In this document: in pieces, positions 41,604 to 57,455 of the stretch
Layout of the letters: every line of letters begins with the position of its first letter
How positions within the stretch are numbered: position 1 is the first letter of the stretch
Assembly: GCA_951406725.2 (NCBI GenBank)
Contig: OX597819.1
Span: 46,996,001-47,060,000, forward strand
Reading direction: 5' to 3'
Origin: Octopus vulgaris
Taxonomy: Eukaryota
DNA length: 64,000 nt
The notes under the pieces: generated by a model
The model's database searches: none
Told to the model about the DNA's origin: nothing
Seen by the model: only the letters and a program-made list of their open reading frames with translations
Made by a program: the position numbers and the translations under genes

Positions 41604-41639
41604 GTGTGTGCGTGTAGGTAGATATTCCTCTTTTTCAAC

Positions 41640-41678
<39 letters not shown>

Positions 41679-42473
41679 ATTACTGTAATCTTGCCTTCCC
41701 TCTATTATTCTTTGTTGTTCTTTTCTCCCTATCTTTCATCTTTTAACTTCATTCCCCATTCCTCCTTCATTTTTTCTCCTACTTTCTCTCTCCCTGTTAT
41801 TTTTCGACCTTTCTTATCCACCTTTCTCCCACACATGCTCTGTCTTCTTCATTCCTTCGTTATTTCCATAGAATCTCTTTAATATCCATCCCTTCTTTCT
41901 ATCGATTCTTACACATTTTCTTTTCTATTATATCATTCTCGCCTTCTTTTATATTTTTTTTCTTTGTTTCCTTTTTATATCATTTTTTTTTCTTTCGTCC
42001 ACTCGTTCGGTATTTCTTTCTCTCTTCCTGTATCAAGTCAAGAATGTGAAAATTAACTTTCAAAAAATAGAATAAATCAACAACGACATAAAATCGTTAA
42101 TTTCCAGAATGCTCTTAAGTTACTTTTTGGAATTTAAACTTCCCCAACTCTATTTTTCCTCTCCCTTGAAGTTAATACTACTGATAGCTACTTTCATATC
42201 ACAAATGGTCAACCAGAAATTGCTGCATTTGATGTATGGCTATTTATGGCCGTAACAAGATCTTTAGAGATAAGTTCCACGACTCAATTTCCGTGAGGCA
42301 ATTTCGGAACCCTATTATCACTATTTCACTTCAATTACATCCTTAATAACCTTCAGAAATGCCCTGAACGTTACACGACTTTATTTCACTATCTTTAATG
42401 TAAATAAATGAGAAGCCTCGTAAATATGTGGGGAAAACCATACATGGAATTCTAACATGGGTACAAGGAAATA

Positions 42474-43667
42474 TTAAGTTGGAAAGAAAATTGTGTCGCA
42501 CTTTTGACATGATCTCTTTGAGAATACTTTATTAATACTTCCAGTAAAATAAGTATTAATTTTTACATTCTCATGTTTGTCTTTTCTTTCCTGGAATACT
42601 TTATACTATATGGTTAAATTCGTATCGATTTTACTCTTTTAAAATAAGTTTAGATCAAACTCTAATCTGGCATTGCGTGTTATATGAATTCAAAAAGGGC
42701 TTCTTCGGCAATGAAAGCAGAAAGAAATATTCGATCTATCTATGGAAAAGAAGGTTTATGTATCCGAACATGCCAACGATAGTTTTGTCAGTTTTGCGCA
42801 GGAAATTTTTCTCTTGCAGGCAGATTCCCTCGAAATGAACGACCTAGTTATATCAATATTGGGCTTCTCCAAATCGTAAAATACATAGCAAACAGTGTGA
42901 GAATTAACGAAACAAATTGTTCAATTCAAGTCACACTTCCACCGTAAAACGCCTTCATGAGCGAGGAAAAGTGTCTAAACTTGGTCGATAAATCCCTCAT
43001 CATCTAACTATTACTCATCTTAAGAAAAGAGTTACCCTCTACTCGTCATTGAAAAATAGACTTGCTACCGAAACGTTTTTGAGTAGAAAAAGTGTTGAAA
43101 AGTAGGTTCTCTATTATCATAGCCAATGAAAACGACAATGTTTAGCACCCAATGAAAAGGGAAAATCCTTTCCTAAAAGCACGACTACACTCAAAAAGTG
43201 TCATGCTGTCTTTGGTGGGTTTTGTCTATCAGGCAGTGTGAAACCAAAACGATATAGTTGATGCGGAGAAGTGAATTGGAAACATTGCACAAACATTTGC
43301 TGTAAAACCGCCTATCATTGGTTAATCGCTGGTGTTGTTTTTTTAACGAACATTCAAGGCCACATATTGCCCAAGTTACTAGGAAAAGATTCTGGTACTA
43401 AATATGGAAGTTTTGGATCACCTTTTTTACTCTTCAGACGACAAGTAATATTTATTAATTGTGAAATGTTTTCATTTATATTATATGTCCCTCTGTTTCG
43501 AAACCTGAAGAATTTAACTCTCGAAGGATCAACGCTTGATAATAGATCGAAATCTATTATAAATAGTGAGAGGAAATGGCATCTGATACAAATATATCAA
43601 TTAAGGTCAAAGAAATATTTGTTTCTTTTCCATTTTGAAATGCGACAAGACTTTCTTTCCAACTTGA
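42474..43667 (+). mobile_element. Decayed near-full-length mariner transposon
   Basis: TIRs TTAAGTTGGAAAGAAA..TGTCGCA / TGCGACAAGACTTTCTTTCCAACTTGA; YEFKKG and GKVSKLGR*IPHHL (WVPHEL motif) remnants. Confidence 0.85.
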
Positions 43668-44139
43668 TGGTTGCTTAGTTTTGATTTTGCTTTTTATGTG
43701 TGTTGGAAACGATAATTGATTATGTTGATTCCATCTTGACCGGATCTTATTTCAATGATAAAGGAATGAGTGATGAAAGGTAAAAAACAAAATCAATTCC
43801 CTTTCCCAGTAGGATTTGGACTTAGAATGTAAAACGAAACAGCATTAAGCCACAAAGCATTTTGGAAAACATTTCACTGACTCTACCACTCAATACGGTA
43901 AGTTAGTGTTTAACATTTAATACAGAGAGCAGGAAAAGGCTAATTAGGTATGATTATCTGGTGAGAAAAAAGATAATACGCCATCAAGGACTAGGAAATT
44001 TATTATTTTATACCACCTGGGTCAACTTTGCCTTCATCTTTCCAGAGTCGATAAAATAAGTACTACTTATGTGGTATTTCACCAAAAATCCGAAAATTTG
44101 TACCTTTTGTAAGTAACGAATGACAACCATTCATTTCGT

Positions 44140-44520
44140 TATCCAGTACACATATAGTGCATAGGATAACAAAACAATCCTGCTCGCTATTTTTCGCTGT
44201 TCGTGCATAAGCGACTTGTGAGCTTGTATCCAAGCTGTTACATGTAGCATTGATCCTGTTCTCAGCCGAGTCCATAGTGAAAAGCAGCTAGTCTTCTGTC
44301 TAGTGGCAATGGCAAAACAGGTTGTATGGCGGACTCTTCTGAAAGTTTCGAAGACAAACACTTAACTATATGACCATGCTCTCATCAACTTTTTTAAGCA
44401 CCACTTCAAGAAAATAGTAACGTTAGAGAAGGAAGTGCAAGCCTTCTAGTACGAATAACGAAAGGAAGGTTAGAGTGGCCAGACTGATGATTCTAAATGT
44501 GTCTACTCAGAGTATGGTGT
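44140..44520 (+). mobile_element. L1/Tx1-like LINE ORF2 C-terminal remnant
   Basis: KTILLAIFRCSCISDL* then LVFCLVAMAKQVVWRT...LINFFKHHFKK..LEKEV resembles the decayed zinc-knuckle and the downstream AK..IW motif. Confidence 0.65.
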
Positions 44521-45172
44521 TCGAAGTAGAAAGTAAAGAAACTAGGAAAGAACACTGTTGATATCTTAATGTAATCTGGGCCTTTATGTGGAGTTCCCTC
44601 GAATTATTTTGGATGGTCATCTTCCTCGTTAGGGATTTCTTTTTTTACTGAAATTCTATTGTTATATCCTTGTTTTTTTTCTTGTCCACTATATTGCACA
44701 AGTGCATCATGGGTAAGTTATTATTTATCTTTATTGACCATAGCTACAGTTACTGTGATTTCAGTTCAAAGAGGCTAATAAAGTATATTCTTTACGACAG
44801 ATTAAATTACGTTAATTAGACAAGATAACGATAGTGGAACTGGATTAACATCCAGAACATATTCTTCAGTGCAAGATGAACTCACGTACAGAGAATTAAG
44901 TGCTAGTGTACCAGGATATTTTTATCCTTTTATCTCACAGACACAACCAAATACCTGCAAGTTCTTATATGGAAGTTATATTTAAATTTTATACCATTTA
45001 ACCTTCTTTTAGCCTTAACCAATGGTACAATTATATATCAAAATTAATCGAATATATTTTTTCAAGAAACCCGGAATGAAGATACTGCAATTCAAATACA
45101 TACATACATACATACATACATACATACATACATACATACATACATACATACATACATACACATATATTTATA

Positions 45173-45233
<61 letters not shown>

Positions 45234-45974
45234 TCATTTTACACGCTTAAGAGGATCGAGTAGATTTTAAGAGTTTTTTAAGACTTTACATTCCATTCTA
45301 CCTTTCGGGAGAAATTCTCTACGGTGGATATATTTTCCGCTGAATTTCTTCTCGAAAAGATAATAAATATTCGCAATAAACAACAGAATCTGTTTTTATC
45401 TGAATTTCGTTTTCCTTTCCCCTTTTTTCTCTTTTTCCTCTTTTTTTCTTTTTGGAGAACTCCCAGAGGCATTGGAAAGATATGAATAATAGTCAAGTTA
45501 GTCAGCCGAATTCTTTGCAAATAGGATAAGAAAATGAAGTTAAACTCAAACCGCCAGGTTACTGGGTGTAAATAACTCGAATATTTTGGCTGGAAATTCT
45601 TCTGTTTTTCTTATAATTATTGACCATTTCCTAATATTGAAGCAACCAAATCGTTAAAATCATTTTTTAAACTTGTAGATTGTGAGATTTTTTTTCATAT
45701 CACAAACATTATGATGTTTACGGAGTTAGATATTTAATTCAATTGGCAATTCATTGAAATACTAGATGTTAAAAATTATGAGTATGGTCTACTGATGGAG
45801 TTGGAATTATGAAAGTAAGTTTAACGAACCAAAAGGCAGTATACAATTTCAAATCAGGGTCGTTACACTTTATCCTCAAACCTCACATTCAGAAATAATT
45901 GTTCAGAATCATAAAAGGATCGTCACAAAATATTAAATAGACCGACAGCAAACACTGGAGTACCTTTCTCTATA

Positions 45975-46265
45975 TCTCTATATATATAAAACTGTAAGAA
46001 GGTGCGTATGTTTTTCGGTGTAGACCACAGCTTTGCGCTCAAGTAAGTAAAATTTTCCATTGAGTTGGAAGAGGCATTTTTTTCAAAGAATAGGTTATGA
46101 TCAAAGAACAGAAATGGATATGTTTGGAATGCAGTATTTTCATATCCCAGACCATCTGAAGATTGCCATCCAGTTTTTAAAGCAATTTATCAAAACGTTT
46201 GTGAATTCATGTGGTCTTTATTTAAAACATTGAAAATACCGGACACGGCCGAGTAACTCCGCAAT
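45975..46265 (+). mobile_element. Possible non-autonomous Helitron remnant
   Basis: 5' TCTCTATATATATAAA start and GC-rich 3' end CACGGCCGAGTAACTCCGC; the terminal CTAG is not intact. Confidence 0.35.
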
Positions 46266-46317
46266 ATATAAAAGAAAATATCCTTTCTATCTTATATAAC
46301 AGGCCAGCTGTTTAGAT

Positions 46318-46583
46318 CAGTGGTCCACAAAGTGGGCGCTATTGCCTCCCCCCTGGGACGGTGGAAAGTTCCAAGGGGGCGTTGAAGAAAAGTAGGACGA
46401 TAATGGGGTGGCGATTCATGTACAAACAACAAAATAATGAGTTCATTAGGTTAAGTTTTATTTGTTAAATACAGTTGCTTTGAATTTGCTCTAGAAAGAG
46501 GCCTGTGTTTGTGATGGTTAGTTTGGGGTGGGGGTGCTAGTGTGTCAAGAGGGTGGCAGCCCGAAAAAGTTTGGGAACCACTG
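46318..46583. mobile_element. hAT (Charlie-like) MITE
   Basis: TIRs CAGTGGTCCACAAAGT / AGTTTGGGAACCACTG; 8-bp TSD GTTTAGAT / GTTTAGAG. Confidence 0.85.
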
Positions 46584-46729
46584 GTTTAGAGTAAAGGACT
46601 AGTTAATAAACTCAACACCAGTTCCTTAACTAGTATTGATTTCATCGACACTGGACAGATGCAAACAAAAAAAACGAACGTCGACCTCAGCAGGATAAAC
46701 TAAAGTAACTATGTACCATTTACTATTTG

Positions 46730-47028
46730 CTCTTTTACTAGTTTCAGTCATTTGACTGTGGCCATGCTGGAGCACTGCCTTTAGTCGAGCAAATCGACCC
46801 CAAGACTTATTCTTTGTAAACCTAGTACTTATTCTATCGGTCTCTTTTGCCTAACCGCTAAGTCCCCCCAACATCGCTTGACAACCGATGCTGGCGTGTT
46901 TACGTCCCCGTTCTGAATAAGTACTAGTCTTATAAAGAATAAGTCCTGGGGTCGATTTGCTCGACTAAAGGTGGTGCTCCAGCATGGCCACAGTCAAATG
47001 ACTGAACAAAGTAAAAAAGTAAAAGAGT
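46730..47028. mobile_element. Head-to-head fusion of two family A SINE 3' halves
   Basis: Minus-strand tail at 46730-46862 joined directly to a plus-strand 3' half. Confidence 0.88.
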
Positions 47029-47203
47029 ATATCTTCCCCGTTCACCGTAGTCTACATTAAAGTGTTAATTGGGCAAACTAACGAAGGAGCTCCTACGTGG
47101 CTGCTCGACCTGTTAGAAATAGTAGCCAAATCGCCTTCAGATCACTCTGCCTTGCCATCTTCAATATTTAAAGGGTATATTCGGCAATGTACTACTTGAT
47201 ATA

Positions 47204-47444
47204 TTGGGTTGGTGCATAATTATTGCGGCTTTTTTCAACAAATTTTATTCAACAAAAACAATAACATGTAACAAAAACATCTTTAAATGATTATTCCGGA
47301 GCATATTCACCATCTACTTCAATTACTGCTTCACATTTGCTTGGCAAATGGTCAGGCCGTCATTTAAAGATGTTTTCGTTAAATATTGTTATTGTTTTTG
47401 TTGAATAAAATTTGTAAGGCCGCAATAATTATGCACCAACCCAA
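47204..47444. mobile_element. mariner-derived MITE inserted in a family D SINE
   Basis: TIRs TTGGGTTGGTGCATAATTATTGCGGC, TA TSD; minus-strand LPSKCEAVIEVDGEYAPE* is a mariner C-terminus. Confidence 0.9.
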
Positions 47445-47792
47445 TACAAAAAGGCAGGATGGCCACGAATGGAACACGCGTGGTCATTGGTCTGCTCGCA
47501 TCAGGATTACTGAAAGGTTAAGCAATAATAGCAACAATAACAAGAACAGCAACAGCAACAACAACAACAATCACACCAGCTGTAGCAGTAGCAGCGACTG
47601 CAGCAACAGCAGCAGTAACAGCAACAACAATCGGAAGTTGAAAATTGTTTAAAACGCAAAACGAAAATCGAAAATATATTTCAAAATTTCTTTTTTTTTA
47701 TTTTTTACATCTTTTTACATTTTATATTCTTTAATTTTTTACATTTCTTAGTTTTTCATTTATTTCTTATGTTGTTATGATTATCATTATTA

Positions 47793-47853
<61 letters not shown>

Positions 47854-48025
47854 CATCATCATTTTTTTTTACAACTTATCAATTATGATGAAAATATTTT
47901 TCTTGATTTATTGATTTTTTTTCCTGCATTCAAAACAGAAACAGAGAAATCTACATCTGTTCTCACACTTACCTTTTCGAAATATACATTGGAACCACCT
48001 GCATTCGAAATATATTGATTACAGT

Positions 48026-48107
<82 letters not shown>

Positions 48108-48150
48108 CTTTCTTTTGTCTCTCTCTCCTCTTTCTCTCTCTAAGATTCAT

Positions 48151-48229
<79 letters not shown>

Positions 48230-48562
48230 AATGTGTGTTGTTTGCATGTATATATGTGTGTGTATATATATTTAATGTTTAAAAAAATGAATGTCTTTTT
48301 GAATACTTAAAAATAACAAATATTGAATAACGGATTCAATTCAAGTGTAGATTCTAATATTTCTTAGAATTTTTGTTGTTAGTGACTTTGCAGTTTGGTT
48401 ACTGTCTTCTAACAGCTTGAATAAGCCATCACTGGGAAAACTTCGAAATAACTATTAAAAAAAATAATTATGTACCTACATATTGTCCCTCGAAGCAAAT
48501 TGTTGTGATGTATATATTGTGAGGTGGAGTAAACTACTGCTATGCCAAGCGGAGTACTATCA

Positions 48563-48604
48563 ATCAGAGGATGACCATAAAGAGGTCGAAACCGTACGGT
48601 CTGG
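48563..48604 (+). ncRNA. Hammerhead-ribozyme-like motif (core damaged) upstream of a Penelope-like ORF remnant
   Basis: CAGAGGA-T-GACC-ataaaga-GGTC-GAAA-CCGTACGG-TC-TGG: perfect stem II, GAAA, palindromic stem III and a GUC site. Confidence 0.6.
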
Positions 48605-48769
48605 CAATCTCGGGACTAAAATAGTAGGGAGTGCTCTCTCTGCATGCAATACACATTGAGTGCAGACTGCACTGCGTAACTAGCTGGAAAAGGCGTCTTC
48701 CTAGGGTTAAAATAGCAGTAGCATAGGTTCCTTGGGAGTACCTGTGTTTAGGTGGTGTTAAGTGGAGAG

Positions 48770-49860
48770 AGAGAGAGAAAGAAATACAATTTGGTTCAAT
48801 CCACTTCTCGGCAAGAATGTTATGACCTGTGTAACAAAACAATTTCTTTCTTCGATCAACAACTACTCCCACAAAAACAGCAGACTTCATAAATTAACGA
48901 ACAGAAATAATATAAAAGCTACAAGTATAAGAAAAATCCATTAAATAATCAGAGAATTCTTACAATGCAGTACAATTCAAAAAATAATTGCTCTAATGAT
49001 CAAAACACTGAGTTGTGTGCATAAATCATTGTGTTGTGTACGAAGCCTGTACAACAGAAAAACCTCAGAACTGTGTTAAGTGGGCTTAACATAAAACTAT
49101 TTTAGGAACATCATATAACAGTACATGCTAGTTAGTTTTCTCCGTGCCGTGCGGCACAAAAGGCTGTAACACGATATCTTCATCGAGCTCTAATTTCTGC
49201 CGCTGTTCTGGTTCCATTCCAGTTTCTCCACTCTTCCCATCTTCTTTCCTTGTCAATAGTCCTTCGCCATATGGCTTTAGGGCGTCCTGCTGCTCTTTCC
49301 CTTCAGGCTGCCATTTTAGTGCCGCCATACAATCGCTTTTTCGATATTGTTTGCGTATCATTTCGTCACTGGTCCTGTTGATGCCTGTTGTAATCTCAGT
49401 TGTGTCGTTTCGGATTCTTTTCTGTTACTTGATGTCGAATATTCTCCTAAGACATGTGAATTGGAAGTTGTCATTGTATTTTTTCTTTCATTTTTTCTAC
49501 TTTCCAGTTTTCACGCCCGTAGATTAACAGCTTCAGCTTCGTTTTGTGGCCTATTGCTTCTCTTTGCTAGAAAGTAGAATGTTCTGTGGGCTTTGGATAT
49601 TCTGTTCTTTATATGTACTCTTTTAAAAAGTCACAGGTAAAACGCTATATCGCTCTTATATCACTTTTTGATGAGGGTGAAACTACCAACATTGTATAGT
49701 TTATCTTTGATGGGACAAATTCCACTATTCAAAAAGGTGCAATTTATGTTTTATCGAGAAATATCGTACCGTACATCATTATGAAGCAGAAAGACAGCTA
49801 ATTCAGAGTATATAATTTTCTTATCCCATTTCTTGGCAACAAAGTACTGGTGATATCATA
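48770..49860 (+). pseudogene. Penelope-like element remnant (RT C-terminal region plus GIY-YIG), interrupted by an RTE
   Basis: RNTIWFNPLLGKNV...FLSSI...LHKLTNRNNIK, then VVYEA and SKRCNLCFIEKY; these resemble PLE motifs WFNPP / LHKIFNRN / KRCNLCL.EK. Confidence 0.75.
49128..49615 (-). mobile_element. RTE-clade LINE 3' fragment
   Basis: Frameshifted ALKWQPEGKRAAGRPKAIWRRTI...AFCATRHGEN* (GRP..W motif); IKNRISKA upstream. Confidence 0.85.
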
Positions 49861-50039
49861 CTTCTTGACTTCACATGTTTTTAACGGTTGCCCGGTTTAA
49901 AGTCATTACTAGTTACATTTAGTAGAGTCCACGCTATTACAATGCGCGAATTGTATTTTTTTCTTTTCTTACAATTTCTTACAACAATTTTCTACATAAA
50001 CATCGTGGACACAAATTTTTCATTTAAAAAAAACCCATC

Positions 50040-50138
<99 letters not shown>

Positions 50139-50139
50139 T

Positions 50140-50539
50140 GTTTCTTTATTAGCCACACAGGGCTGAATACAGAGGGGACAAATTACAAAGTAGATCTTTT
50201 ATTTTGGGGGAGAAAAAAAAGAAAAAGAAAAAAGAAAAAGTTGTAGTTTTTCGATCAAAAGGGGCCGTAAAAAGAAAGAAAAAAACGATCAATAGGGATC
50301 GTGTGTCACAGAAATGTCATGATGTAAAGTGTAAAGGGAGAAGCAGATAAGATTTATCCGTGGAAAGAAAAGCCTACCGAAAAGACCACGGTAACCTCGG
50401 TCAATAATGTCACATGTTAACACATTTATTTGCAAGTAAGTAACTCTCTGTTTTAAATTTTTCCGGCTTCATCATTCATACGTGCCATCCTTGCTACATT
50501 CACCCATCTTTTTTTTAAACATTCGCTAGACAAAACCTG

Positions 50540-50541
<2 letters not shown>
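50140..50541 (-). mobile_element. L1/Tx1-like LINE 3' end with UTR, abutting (GATA)n
   Basis: Minus-strand QVLSSECLKKRWVNVARMARMN; terminus TTTGTCCCCTCTGTATTCAGCCCTGTGTGGCTAATAAAGAAA. Confidence 0.7.
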
Positions 50542-50590
<49 letters not shown>

Positions 50591-50700
50591 CAATTGCAGC
50601 GTGGAAGGTGTCTATAAGCCATTTAAAAACACACAATTACCGTTAGATTCACTTCAACATTTAATTTGCCAAAATATTTTCGTTGCTTTATTCACTTATA

Positions 50701-52313
50701 CAGTTGCGGCCAAAATGTTCAGAACGGCATTGTTTTCGTCAGAAAAGTAGGTATAAGTTTTTATCAAAGTTGTTTTATATTCTATAATTTTCACAGACAA
50801 TAAATACAATATTAATTGTTATAGTCTGAGATTTTCGTGTAATTTGAGAGGATAATACAAAACTTATGGATGATTTAGTGAATTACTGCAAAACCTATCG
50901 CGGTCAAAATGATCAGAACGGTTGAAAAAATAACTAAATAATCAAAAATGACAGAGAATACTGGAATTATTTAATATTTAGTGTGAAGCCCTTTAGCTTC
51001 AATCACACTTTGACATCTTCGATTGCATGAGGAAATTAAATTTTCAATTTCTTGCTGGGTGATCGTATTCCATTCTTCCTGAAGGGCATCCCATAATTAC
51101 TCGGTTGTTTTAGGATTTCTGGCTTTCGAACGTTCTCCTAGAATATTCCACACATTTTCAATAGGATTGAGATCTGGGCTTTGAGCTGGCCAATCCATAA
51201 CAATAACCTTTTCAGCCTTGAGGAAGTTCATGACCACCTTAGCCTTGCGACATGGGGCATTGTCCTGCATGAATATGGGTGGTCGCTTTGTTAAATTTCT
51301 CAGCACAGGCAAGACATGATCTTTTACAAGTTGTTTATAAACTCCTGCATTTACCTTTCCATGTAATCGCACCAAAGGGCCCACACCATCTCCAGATATC
51401 ATCCGCCAAACCATGACACTTCTTCCACCGAACTTAACACTAGTCTTAAGGCATTTAGGCGACAATTTTTCACCTACTTTTCCCATCTGAGCCAAATAAC
51501 ACAAACTTAGATTTATCACTGAAATGCAACGTTTGCCATTTTTCTTGAGACCACAACACATGTTCGGTTGCAAAGGTAAGACAACACTTTTTATTCTTGG
51601 AGCTGATCAATGGCTTCACTGCAGGTGCTCTTGCTTGTAGGTCATGTTCAACTAAACGACGAGACACAGTTTTTCGAGATAAAGTTTTCTTCAGTACAAT
51701 GCTCATTTCCCGAGAAACAGCAACAGCAGTTTTAAATCTGTCCTTTTTAACCAACTTTACCATAGCACGATCTTCTCTCTTGGTCGTTTTTCTTGGCCTA
51801 CCTGTAGACTTTCTAGCTTCACACGAACCACAATCATCGTAGACCTTAAGAATACCGTGAACAACACTTTTTGACTTGTTAACAATCTTTGCAATAGACC
51901 CAATACTTAAATTATCCTTCTTTCGAAGCTTAATAATCTGCTAACGAATTGCTAACAGAGTAAGTGGCATTATATTAACAAAGTACACTGCAGATATTCT
52001 TACTAATGTTTAATAAACGAATTCAATAATAAACAAATTCAAAACGTTAGAGTTCGCCGGTTAAAATATACTAAAACACGGAGTAAAAGCAACCGTTCTG
52101 ATCATTTTGGCCGCCATGGGTTTTGCAATAAATCACTAAATCATCAATAACTTTTGTATTATCCTCTCAAATTACACCAAAATCTCAGACAATAACAAAT
52201 TGTATCGTATTTATTGTCTATGAAAATTATAGAATATAAAACAACTTTGATAAAAACTTATACCTACTTTTCTGACGAAAACAATGCCGTTCTGAACATT
52301 TTGGCCGCAACTG
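50701..52313 (-). mobile_element. Tc1-family transposon, IR/DR type, 1613 bp
   Basis: About 220-bp TIRs starting CAGTTGCGGCCAAAATGTTCAGAACGG, with inner direct repeats at 50899-50922 and 52092-52114; TA TSD. Confidence 0.97.
50971..51970 (-). pseudogene. Tc1 DD34E transposase, disrupted
   Basis: GRPRKTT, FSDKSKF, QDNAP-34 aa-NPIENVW, WPAQSPDL; two premature stops and one frameshift near 51475. Confidence 0.95.
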
Positions 52314-52321
52314 TATATGTG

Positions 52322-52369
<48 letters not shown>

Positions 52370-52599
52370 ATATACATATATCTACACACATACTCATACG
52401 TGCATGCATGTGCACTCTTATACATACACATATACTCATACAACACAACACACACACACATTCATCTACACATGCGTACATAGTATTAATCTATGTACAC
52501 TCATACGATTATATATAACTACATATATGTATTTCAGTATCATGCATCTCAACATGTATATATGGATTTCTACATGTAAACGAGAGAAAGGGGTGATTA

Positions 52600-53490
52600 T
52601 AGATGGGTACTCCTGAGTGGAATCTTTGTGTTACCCCATTCGGCTGAGGGTGGGTTTATATTCTTGTATACAGTGACTTGTCGCAGTATTGCATCAGTGG
52701 GATGTGTAGCTAAGATGTCTAACCTAAGTCTCCCTAAGGAGCTATTGTGACAGTCTACAGCATGCTGATAGAAGATAGAGTTTGGTTGTGTGTTTTTTCA
52801 ATGTAGTTGTCCAGGTGTTCTTTGAACCTATCATTGATGCACCTAGAAGTCTCACCAATATATGACTCTGGGATAACCACGCAAGCACCTTCTTGGCACT
52901 TAATCTGGTATACAGTATTTTTCTTTTTGCAGTTCATATGTGGGTTTGTTGAACATCACCTTGACCGACCAGTCCGTCGGGCGTCCACTTGACACCGCTG
53001 ATCACAGCACGCTGTCCACTCCTCTCTGGATCGCGCCTTTCTCATCCACGTGATCCCAATCGCCTTTCTGAAATCGTAACTCCACCGTCGTGGAGGCCTT
53101 CCGAGCGGTCGTTCCCGCTCGCGCGGGTACCACTCGACAACTGCAACTGCTCGATGGACCCACGCAGTTGTAGAACATACTGCACAATTATTCTAACACG
53201 TGAGTCTATCAAATGGGTATGATTTACTTAATACAGATTTCATAGTCCTACCTGTCTTTTCTACAACTTTGATTTTAAGGCCAATTGTGCGCAGCTTTTT
53301 CTTAAATGCCTTACTTAATTCGTTCCTAGGTGTAACGTCAACAAACATTATAACTGTGAAACTTCTTGCTATCATACCAAATATTATTTTTATTTCTTTT
53401 GGTGGTGTCCCTCTCCAACCAATTCCAGAACTTGTTGCCGTTTTCTTCATCTCTTAGAATGCGTTCGAATCTTGTTTTCACTCCTTTGTA
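52600..53490 (-). pseudogene. Penelope-like element remnant with GIY-YIG endonuclease
   Basis: MFVDVTP..ELSK..IKVVEKTG..PF; CAVCSTNPHMNCKKKNTVYQIKC..YIGETSR..DRFKEH; DAILRQVT. Confidence 0.9.
52957..53172 (-). mobile_element. 5'-truncated RTE LINE inserted in the Penelope-like ORF
   Basis: VEWYPRERERPLGRPPRRW...WMRKARSREEW; 6-bp TSD GAACAT; removing it restores the C-x2-C linker frame. Confidence 0.9.
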
Positions 53491-53499
53491 CACGCTACC

Positions 53500-53812
53500 C
53501 TTTTACTTGTTTCCATCATTTGACTGCGGCCACGCTGGAGCACCGCCTTTTACCCGAACAAATTGACTCCAAGTCTTATTCTCCGTAAGCCTAGTGCTTA
53601 TTCTATCGGTCTCTTTAGCCAAACTGCTAAGTTACGGGGAGACGTAAACACGTCAACGTCAGTTGTCAAGCAATTGTGAGAGAACAAACGTAGATACGCA
53701 AACATACATATACGACGGGCTTCTTTCAGTTTCCGTCTACCATATCCATTCACAAGGCATTGGTCGGACCGAGGCTATAGTAGAAGACAGTTGCCCAAGG
53801 TGCCACGCAGTG
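53500..53812 (-). mobile_element. Family A SINE, head truncated
   Basis: Tail and body motifs. Confidence 0.88.
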
Positions 53813-54029
53813 GATTATAAGCATATATATATGTATATATCCGTGTTTATGTAAATATTTGTGCATGTGTGCGAATATGTATATATTTGCATATGTTTGC
53901 ATGTTTGTGGGGGGGGGGGGGCATGCGTGGGTTGGTGTATAAGCACAAACTAAATCTAAATATGTGAGGCAAAACGTTAGAGTATATGTGTTATGTGCTT
54001 GTGGGTGAAAACCAAAAAGAGACTAGGAA

Positions 54030-57455
<3,426 letters not shown>

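Noticed and set aside
45284-45295. miR-1-like TGGAATGTAAAG on the minus strand
   Set aside because: Only the 5' 12 nt match and there is no precursor hairpin.
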